From positions 1 to 64,000 of the IMG/VR virus record IMGVR_UViG_3300027754_000045: a stretch of 64,000 nucleotides of DNA; one strand, given 5' to 3'. Shown here one piece after another: positions 7,812-14,118 of the stretch. Below the pieces are notes generated by a model, which saw only the letters and a list, made by a program, of their open reading frames with translations, was not told the DNA's origin and made no database searches. A program made the translations under genes and the position numbers. Position 1 is the stretch's first letter, and every line of letters begins with the position of its first letter. The stretch is from a virus.

Positions 7812-8196
7812 TTTTGTTGTTCCTGATTTACATCTATTTGAATATTTTCGAATAGGCGGAACAAGACCAGGTTCAATAAGATATAAAGAAACTCAAATAT
7901 CTAAAGGTAATCTTGATCTTCAGTTTCTTCAAGACCTTTGGATAAAACAAAAAGGTAGATGTTTAATTGGGGGCAACTTACTGTATATTAAAAAGGGTGG
8001 TAAGTGGGCAAAAGGAATTAGGACATGGGACAAGGCAAGCATTGACCGCATTGATAACAACAAACTATATACTGAAGATAATGTTCAGTTTCTTTCTTTA
8101 ACTATGAATTACGCAAAAAACCGAGATGATATGGAAGGTTTTAGTGAATACATGAAACAGATTGCTCCATTTAATTTAAGGACACCAAATGTTTAG
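7777..8196 (+). CDS. His-Me finger (HNH-like, SIDRID-type) endonuclease
   Basis: LWIKQKGRC...ASIDRIDNNKLYTEDNVQF...N.AK. Confidence 0.6.
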   Translation: MNNQPTQNLLPDFVVPDLHLFEYFRIGGTRPGSIRYKETQISKGNLDLQFLQDLWIKQKGRCLIGGNLLYIKKGGKWAKGIRTWDKASIDRIDNNKLYTEDNVQFLSLTMNYAKNRDDMEGFSEYMKQIAPFNLRTPNV

Positions 8197-8443
8197 ATTA
8201 CACATTGATATTCCTTTGTCGGGTGATGAATCAGAATCCGCACAAACTGCTCAGGCTATTATTGCATTATTAGAACACAAGGTGCATCCTAGCAGAAACG
8301 TCTTTGCTGTTGATGTGATCAACTACCGATTAGGTAATGACCAGGATCGTCAAAAGTCTAATTACCTGATTAAAAACCAGAATGGTCATGTGGCAAATAA
8401 AAAACTTAAAATTAACTTGACAACAGAAAATCAGGATGTATAA
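8189..8443 (+). CDS. hypothetical protein
   Basis: AAGGA RBS; overlaps the upstream stop. Confidence 0.5.
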   Translation: MFRLHIDIPLSGDESESAQTAQAIIALLEHKVHPSRNVFAVDVINYRLGNDQDRQKSNYLIKNQNGHVANKKLKINLTTENQDV

Positions 8444-8444
8444 T
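8417..8444 (+). promoter_or_regulatory. sigma70-type promoter TTGACA-N16-TATAAT
   Basis: Perfect hexamers, 8 nt upstream of tRNA-Ile. Confidence 0.8.
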
Positions 8445-8452
8445 TCTCTTAT

Positions 8453-8524
8453 GGGATGTACGTGCCTGGTGGCGCAGGATTGCTTATAACGATCTACCGC
8501 AGGGTTCGACTCCCTGGCATCCTA
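8453..8524 (+). tRNA. tRNA-Ile(UAU)
   Basis: Acceptor GGGATGT/GCATCCT, anticodon arm GATTG-CTTATAA-CGATC, T arm CAGGG-TTCGACT-CCCTG; atypical D arm. Confidence 0.8.
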
Positions 8525-8558
8525 TTTGTTTGATTTAGTTAGAAACATATATACTATT

Positions 8559-9281
8559 ATGATTATACAATACTCAACTCCATTAGTAGAAAGTTCAATG
8601 ACTCGTATTATGTCCCACATGGGAAGTAATAGGAATGTTGGTATTATTAGTGCAAGTCGAGCCGTTGGTAGTCCTAATCCTGATGGTACTGTTAGAACTG
8701 GTGCACAAAATGCAAAATTAACAAAACAACTGTCTAGTGAACTTCAAAAACGTGGACTAAGTTTTGCTAAAATTTCAGGAAGAACTATAGAAAATATCGG
8801 CGCACCAACCGAAGCTCCAGTATCAGAACATTCGTTTATGGTTATTGGTAGTCATGGAGACGATAATGGAATGTTACACAAACATCTTACTAAACTTGCA
8901 ACCACGTTTGGACAAGATTCTATTATAATGAAACCTCATGATACAACAAGAGCCCATCTTGTTGGTACATCATCAAGTCAAAATGCATGGCCGAGTTTAG
9001 GAACAACTGCCGATCTTGGAGTATTTCATCCTGGTATTAATTATTCCAGAACTCTTCCAAACGGGTCTCCAGACAGAACAAGCACACCAGCAGATCAATA
9101 TTTTTCTGGGGTAAAACGAACAAGTCCAAAAAGAGGAGCAGAGGCTAGTAAGCCTTGGTCTCTTGGTGAACAAACTAATAGTCAAACAATAATTATTGAA
9201 GAAGTTACTTCTGCTCTATTAGGAACAAGTTGGATGACTGGTTATTGTGAATATGTAAAAAAATTGCATGATGCAAAATAA
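8559..9281 (+). CDS. conserved T4-like phage protein (ESS..RI / DUF3293-like), possible head protein
   Basis: LVE|SSMTRI, GIISASR, N..L...L, G...E, E.SFMV, FGQDSII motifs. Confidence 0.5.
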   Translation: MIIQYSTPLVESSMTRIMSHMGSNRNVGIISASRAVGSPNPDGTVRTGAQNAKLTKQLSSELQKRGLSFAKISGRTIENIGAPTEAPVSEHSFMVIGSHGDDNGMLHKHLTKLATTFGQDSIIMKPHDTTRAHLVGTSSSQNAWPSLGTTADLGVFHPGINYSRTLPNGSPDRTSTPADQYFSGVKRTSPKRGAEASKPWSLGEQTNSQTIIIEEVTSALLGTSWMTGYCEYVKKLHDAK

Positions 9282-9301
9282 AAATTTATTTTATATTTAT
9301 T

Positions 9302-9493
9302 ATGAACGACATACAAAATAAAATCTGCAAAGAACTGACTTCTAAAATCGTTTCCTATTTACAACACTCAGGAGTTCCGATGAATCCTCAACACGTAAAT
9401 GGTATATTTGCTATTTGTAGTTCTCTATACGGCAAAAATAATAAAATGCCGTTAGTGCCTAGAAAAGTAAAAGCAAAACGTCTCGAATCTTAA
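9302..9493 (+). CDS. hypothetical protein
   Basis: ORF track; same-strand packing. Confidence 0.45.
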   Translation: MNDIQNKICKELTSKIVSYLQHSGVPMNPQHVNGIFAICSSLYGKNNKMPLVPRKVKAKRLES

Positions 9494-9538
9494 ATTACTG
9501 TTTGATTTAACAACGGGCTATGCCCAAGAAAGGTTACT

Positions 9539-10051
9539 ATGCGTAATAATGTTTTTTTTAGTTTGTTTGGTATTACTAGTGTGGTGTTTGGTGTGTTTAC
9601 ATTGGCTGCAAGTTATCCAACTGGTTTGAGTTATACCTTGTTTGGAATTGGTGCCATGCTTATGTTGACTGGTGTTGTGTTTGAGACAATGAATTATATG
9701 CAACAAAATTTCTATAATAAATTTGAGACGCTTAGTCGCAATGTTGATGATATGATTAGTGATTTGCAGAGAACTTTTAATAATTCTCAGCAACAAACGA
9801 ATCAGACTATTCAGAGAAATTTTGAATCAGTTCAGCATAATATTTCAGAACAGGTTCGTAGTATTCAACTACAAATGGAGTCTTTTGAAGTATCAAAGCA
9901 TAATCTGTTTGATGAGATGGATAGCCGTCTGACTGATCTCGCTGTTGAAGTAGACTCTGCCATTATGGATAGAGATTTCTCTGATGATGAGGGCTACAAC
10001 CCAAATCCACCAAAGGGATCTCGTAAGTGCTGTGCCACAAAGAAGAGTTAA
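9539..10051 (+). CDS. membrane protein, two transmembrane helices plus coiled coil
   Basis: Two N-terminal hydrophobic helices then a heptad-rich Q/N region; AAGG RBS. Confidence 0.6.
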   Translation: MRNNVFFSLFGITSVVFGVFTLAASYPTGLSYTLFGIGAMLMLTGVVFETMNYMQQNFYNKFETLSRNVDDMISDLQRTFNNSQQQTNQTIQRNFESVQHNISEQVRSIQLQMESFEVSKHNLFDEMDSRLTDLAVEVDSAIMDRDFSDDEGYNPNPPKGSRKCCATKKS

Positions 10052-10058
10052 ACACTCA

Positions 10059-10131
10059 GGTCCTATAGATTAACTGGCTAAATCATTGCTTTTTCACAGC
10101 AAATATCTGGATTCGAGTTCCAGTAGGATCA
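10059..10131 (+). tRNA. tRNA-Glu(UUC)
   Basis: Acceptor GGTCCTA/TAGGATC, D arm GATT/AATC, anticodon arm TTGCT-TTTTCAC-AGCAA, T arm CTGGA-TTCGAGT-TCCAG. Confidence 0.88.
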
Positions 10132-10148
10132 TTCAAGGAGATACTAAT

Positions 10149-10424
10149 ATGAGTCACATGAGCGAAAAAGCAATTGATGAGATGAACGAATTAAACAATC
10201 TTCGTACAGAGAATGCTGTACTGCGTGGAGTAAATGAAGTTCTTCGTTCATTAGTTCACGGTAAATTTAAAACCAATGAATGGAACTGTGCAGGCATTCC
10301 GAAGTGGGAAGGATTCAAGCAGGATGATTGGAAGACTGGAGACACCAAAGAATTCTTAGGTCTCACAGACGCTGAAGTCGATACTCTAGATAAATGGATG
10401 AAAGATAATAAAGAAAACAAATGA
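10149..10424 (+). CDS. hypothetical protein
   Basis: ATG 10149 after AAGGAG; the track start lies inside tRNA-Glu. Confidence 0.55.
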   Translation: MSHMSEKAIDEMNELNNLRTENAVLRGVNEVLRSLVHGKFKTNEWNCAGIPKWEGFKQDDWKTGDTKEFLGLTDAEVDTLDKWMKDNKENK

Positions 10425-11029
10425 GTAAAACAGCATTTTTAATCGGTTGCACACATTTCGGTCACGACAAGATGTATAAGTTTATTGATATATACGGCAA
10501 CAAGGTGCGTCCATTTGAAAACGCTAAAGAAGCGGATGCTGTCATGCTTGAGCGTTGGAACAGCGTTGTTGGGGTTGACGACAAGGTGTATGTGCTTGGT
10601 GATGTTGCTTTTACAAGCGAGTCCCTGTCTATCTTAAAGAAGTGCAACGGCAAGAAGATTCTGATTCAAGGAAACCACGATAATCTGAGTGTTTCAGAGT
10701 ATATGAAATACTTCAAGGACATTCGTTCTTCTCATAAATTGGATGGTGAAATATTATCACACATTCCCATTCACCCAAATTCCCTATGGAGACAAAAAAA
10801 GCACACAAATTGGTTGAATATTCATGCACACTTACACAACCAAACAGTATTATTAACACAAGCGGATCCTGACGTTGAACAAGGATCTATCGTCGATATG
10901 GAAAGAATGCACGGCATAGAAGGAAAAAAAGATCCTCGTTACTTCTCTGTGTGTGTTGAACGCATTGGCTATAAACCAATTAGCATTGATGAAATTCGGA
11001 ACTTGACAAACCCCAAATCGGTGGTATAA
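10421..11029 (+). CDS. calcineurin-like metallophosphoesterase
   Basis: xTHFGH, LGDV, GNHD, SHIP and HAHLH motifs. Confidence 0.85.
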   Translation: MSKTAFLIGCTHFGHDKMYKFIDIYGNKVRPFENAKEADAVMLERWNSVVGVDDKVYVLGDVAFTSESLSILKKCNGKKILIQGNHDNLSVSEYMKYFKDIRSSHKLDGEILSHIPIHPNSLWRQKKHTNWLNIHAHLHNQTVLLTQADPDVEQGSIVDMERMHGIEGKKDPRYFSVCVERIGYKPISIDEIRNLTNPKSVV

Positions 11030-11030
11030 T
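11003..11030 (+). promoter_or_regulatory. sigma70-type promoter TTGACA-N16-TATAAT
   Basis: Perfect hexamers; ATG only 6 nt downstream, so probably leaderless. Confidence 0.8.
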
Positions 11031-11036
11031 TAGATT

Positions 11037-11606
11037 ATGAATATTTTTGTACTTGATAAAGATCCTGTTATTGCAGCAAACATGATGTGCGATAAGCATG
11101 TCGTTAAAATGATTGTTGAAAGTTGCCAACTACTTTCTACGGCACATCGTATATTAGACGGACATCAATCAACACATTATGGACCATCAGGAAGACTAAG
11201 AAAAACATTTTTCTTATCTGATCCATATATGGAAAGTCGTTTGTGTAAGTATGTAATGCCAAATCATCCATGTTCTATATGGACTAGAAATTCTTCAACT
11301 AACTATAAATGGCTCACTGCTCATAATTTGGCTTTGTGTAATGAATATACCAGACGTTATAATAAAACTCACGCTATGCAGGATTTAGCCAATACTCTAG
11401 ATCTTACTCTTCCTATCAGGATTCCTCTTGGTCCTATTACTAGTTTTCCTCAGGCTATGCCAGAAGGATACAGATGTGATGATCCTGTGGAAGCATATAG
11501 AGCTTATTATTGTTTTGAAAAATCACGATTTGCTAAATGGAAAACTGGTGGTGTGCCAGAATGGTACACTCATTTTCATGAGGAACTAAAGGAAATATCA
11601 CAATGA
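11037..11606 (+). CDS. pyrimidine-dimer DNA glycosylase/endonuclease V family protein
   Basis: MNIFVLD, DKHVVKM..E..QLLST, NHPC..W, EY..RY.K.H, PQAMP, AYR.YY..EK motifs. Confidence 0.85.
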   Translation: MNIFVLDKDPVIAANMMCDKHVVKMIVESCQLLSTAHRILDGHQSTHYGPSGRLRKTFFLSDPYMESRLCKYVMPNHPCSIWTRNSSTNYKWLTAHNLALCNEYTRRYNKTHAMQDLANTLDLTLPIRIPLGPITSFPQAMPEGYRCDDPVEAYRAYYCFEKSRFAKWKTGGVPEWYTHFHEELKEISQ

Positions 11607-11893
11607 CTCTACCTTACGAAGAAGCAAATAGTCTAAAAGAAACACGCAAGTTCTTGGTGCAGTTAATGTGTAGCAAACCTGCACCACCCAAGTGGATTCG
11701 TCAACGAGCATCGGCTTTGCTTAAGCACTTTCCTTGGGAGTTTCAAGGTGTGAATCTTATTCCTCAAGAAGAAATAGGATTTGAAGAAATGACCTATGCT
11801 AAAGCAGACAAACGCTACGATGAAATGGTTCTGGAAACAGGAAAGAAAATTATAAAGAAATACAAAAAAGCCCTGAAGAAACTAAAGGACTAA
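11603..11893 (+). CDS. conserved small phage protein (MT.P.E...LLKHFP family)
   Basis: MTLPYE...TRKFL..L...PKWIRQRA..LLKHFP pattern. Confidence 0.55.
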   Translation: MTLPYEEANSLKETRKFLVQLMCSKPAPPKWIRQRASALLKHFPWEFQGVNLIPQEEIGFEEMTYAKADKRYDEMVLETGKKIIKKYKKALKKLKD

Positions 11894-11900
11894 ATACAGA

Positions 11901-12002
11901 TCTTGAATGCGATTCGGGGGTTGTTCTTATTATGTGGGGAAAGCAGAGATGCATCCCATCAGTAAGAATTCACTGAAAGAACAGCCCTCGAATTGCATTT
12001 AA
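11901..12002 (+). ncRNA. putative structured RNA: 26-bp closing helix plus two inner hairpins
   Basis: 11903-11928 pairs fully with 11977-12002 using only WC and G-U pairs; late promoter ACTAAATA at 11889-11896. Confidence 0.65.
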
Positions 12003-12017
12003 CTATTAAGGAAAAAA

Positions 12018-12419
12018 ATGAAAATTAATAAAAAATTAGAACATCTAGCAGAACAAGCAAAGCTTCGATTGAGTTATCGAGCACAAGGTTTATCGGAAGA
12101 ACACATTGACCAACTCATTGCTGGCAAGTCAGAGAAAAAAGATCCTGTTCCTGTTGGGGACTCAAAGAATTTCTTCTGTAGTTCACGATACAACCAACCT
12201 CGTTACTATGACCTATTACCTAATGGCGACATTCTGCTGTATGGTGAGAGTGAGTTTGTTCGTCAAGGAGAAGGCATGTTTGACTTTGAGGGCGGACCAT
12301 TCATTATGGCTGGTGATCCTCTTATGTCAGACTTTGGTACTATTGGCATTGTTGCGGATGTTGTGTTTCATGACGAAGGTCCCGAAGGGTTCACTTGTTG
12401 TCGCATTACTTTAAAATAA
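12018..12419 (+). CDS. hypothetical protein
   Basis: TAAGGA RBS; ORF track. Confidence 0.55.
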   Translation: MKINKKLEHLAEQAKLRLSYRAQGLSEEHIDQLIAGKSEKKDPVPVGDSKNFFCSSRYNQPRYYDLLPNGDILLYGESEFVRQGEGMFDFEGGPFIMAGDPLMSDFGTIGIVADVVFHDEGPEGFTCCRITLK

Positions 12420-12432
12420 TACATACTATACT

Positions 12433-12828
12433 ATGGAAAATATTAAAGAAGAATTAAGACAACTGATCAAAGATAAAATCTTATCCACCATTATGGAAGG
12501 TAAGAAGTGTGAGAAGTGTGATAAACCTGTTCATGCTCCTCGTGGTGCTTCTGCTCAAAGACCAAAGAGTTGGAACAAAGGCGTAAAGTCTGGTTCTGAA
12601 GGTAAAAAAGAAAGACGAGAAGGTAAGAAAGAAGCCGCTGGAATGTACGAAGCGTCTGGTCCTTCTGATGGACAGATTCTTACTGATATGATTGAAAAAC
12701 GAGCAAAAGAACTAGCAGCCAACCCAAAATCTACTCCACGTGGACCATCTGTGGATATGAAGGATTTAAAGGTTTCTGACTTACTTTCTCGTTATAAATC
12801 ACTGATAATGAAAAATAAAAAAGCCTAA
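12433..12828 (+). CDS. basic hypothetical protein, possible head-associated
   Basis: CxxC, Lys/Arg-rich, IME|G and MYE|A candidate prohead-protease sites. Confidence 0.5.
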   Translation: MENIKEELRQLIKDKILSTIMEGKKCEKCDKPVHAPRGASAQRPKSWNKGVKSGSEGKKERREGKKEAAGMYEASGPSDGQILTDMIEKRAKELAANPKSTPRGPSVDMKDLKVSDLLSRYKSLIMKNKKA

Positions 12829-12834
12829 ATAACT

Positions 12835-12914
12835 ATGATCGGGCAAAGATAGTGCCAGTGCGAACTGCGCTATTCATGCTGAAGGAGTTTCGTTACCTTT
12901 CGACCATCGTAGTT
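12835..12914 (+). ncRNA. putative cloverleaf (four-way junction) ncRNA
   Basis: Between a late promoter-like CCTAAATA (12824-12831) and a terminator; stems GGCA/TGCC, AGTGC/GCGCT, GAAGG/CCTTT plus a closing stem. Confidence 0.55.
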
Positions 12915-12943
12915 CAAAAAGAGGCAGCAATGCCTCTTTTTGA
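12914..12943 (+). terminator. intrinsic terminator, potentially bidirectional
   Basis: TCAAAAAGAGGCA-gcaa-TGCCTCTTTTTGA. Confidence 0.85.
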
Positions 12944-13076
12944 TTCTAGACACCTTTTACACGAATGAACCCCTCCCAAATCACTATCAACATCTAGGAA
13001 CGCTCCAGAATCGATTCTAGAGCCTTACAGGGCATGCTGGCCCCTAACACTAACAAGAAGAAAGCGACTTTATATT

Positions 13077-13397
13077 ATGCGTATATACCTTAAATTTAAA
13101 CGATGGCTCGGCAAGAAGATGATTGACAAGGGATTTGACATTCTGCTCAGTATGGACGAGAAGGATTGGAACCCCAAAACCAACAAATACAGCGGTTCCA
13201 TCAAGCAGGTTAAATATGCCATAGGCTTCTGGATGACCACCTTGGGCATCAAGGCTGAAACTAAAGCCTTGGACAAACTGAATTGGCCTGGCTTCGAGGA
13301 CGGCAAGTACTTTGACAAGAACTTCTATATCAAGAAGCCTATACGAAAGCCACGGCGAAAGCCTTCAGAAGACTCGGACAACGAACCCATGATATAA
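13077..13397 (+). CDS. hypothetical protein
   Basis: ORF track; C/G-ending codon bias differs from neighbours. Confidence 0.5.
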   Translation: MRIYLKFKRWLGKKMIDKGFDILLSMDEKDWNPKTNKYSGSIKQVKYAIGFWMTTLGIKAETKALDKLNWPGFEDGKYFDKNFYIKKPIRKPRRKPSEDSDNEPMI

Positions 13398-13400
13398 TAA

Positions 13401-13432
13401 CAAAGCTCCCACCGTCACAGGTGGGAGCTTTG
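13401..13432. terminator. hairpin terminator between convergent genes
   Basis: CAAAGCTCCCACC-gtcaca-GGTGGGAGCTTTG. Confidence 0.8.
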
Positions 13433-13461
13433 CTTTGAAAAAACTTTAAATTCGTTTTCTT

Positions 13462-13596
13462 TTACTTAACCTTCTTAACTCGTTTGACTGGGGGTTTAGG
13501 GGAATAGAAATTCTTTATTTTTGTTACAATCTTATTGATCTTGGATTTAACTTGGGTAAGAATTCGTTTAATGTGTGTTTTAAGCTTTGTTATCAT
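13462..13596 (-). CDS. 44-aa cationic amphipathic peptide
   Basis: Hand translation MITKLKTHIKRILTQVKSKINKIVTKIKNFYSPKPPVKRVKKVK; ACTAAATA (13601-13608, minus strand) 4 nt before ATG. Confidence 0.65.
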   Translation of the reverse strand: MITKLKTHIKRILTQVKSKINKIVTKIKNFYSPKPPVKRVKKVK

Positions 13597-13705
13597 ACTG
13601 TATTTAGTAAACTTGTATTTTCTATAGATACTGGTGTATCCGATTGATTAAGGGTTAATCTGTTCAATATTTGAGTATATTAGTTAATAATAGGGGAAAC
13701 TTTCC

Positions 13706-14062
13706 ATGATCGACAAACTTCTTGGACTTCAAAATCAACTTCGTGTGTACCACTGGCAGACAAAGAGCTATTCCGAGCATAAAGCTTTAGGAAAGGCTTA
13801 TGATGCTCTGGACGGATCCATTGACAGCTTTGTAGAGAACTGGATTGGCGTACACGGCACAGTTTCAGTAGAAGGCGGTATTCGCATGACCCTACTAGAC
13901 TATGCTTCCAATGGTGTCACTAACCTTCTAGATCAAGCAACAGAGTTCTTTACCACTGGTGAACTGGGCTCTGCCTTGAACGGTAATACTGATCTTGCCA
14001 ATATTCGAGACGATATGCTTGGTACCATTAATCATACCAAGTACCTTCTAAGCCTCAAATAA
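13706..14062 (+). CDS. ferritin/Dps-like four-helix protein (DUF5856-like)
   Basis: YHWQTKSYSEHKALG..YD.L...ID.FVE and DL.NIRDDMLG....KYLLSL motifs. Confidence 0.75.
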   Translation: MIDKLLGLQNQLRVYHWQTKSYSEHKALGKAYDALDGSIDSFVENWIGVHGTVSVEGGIRMTLLDYASNGVTNLLDQATEFFTTGELGSALNGNTDLANIRDDMLGTINHTKYLLSLK

Positions 14063-14118
14063 CGCATATACATATTATTAATGAGTGATCCAATATTCGT
14101 TATTGAAAGGTTTATACT

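Noticed and set aside
7777-8196. Active mobile homing endonuclease
   Set aside because: An HNH-like motif is present, but there is no intron context or DNA-binding repeats and the Zn ligands are incomplete; mobility cannot be supported
11901-12002. Hammerhead ribozyme, SRP RNA or c-di-GMP riboswitch identity for the structured RNA
   Set aside because: CTGAAAGA does not fit CUGANGA, and the SRP and GEMM conserved nucleotides are not matched; left as unknown RNA
13620-13705. Iron-responsive leader upstream of the ferritin-like gene
   Set aside because: Only short, weak hairpins (GATTAA/TTAATC, GGAA/TTCC) and no convincing Fur box
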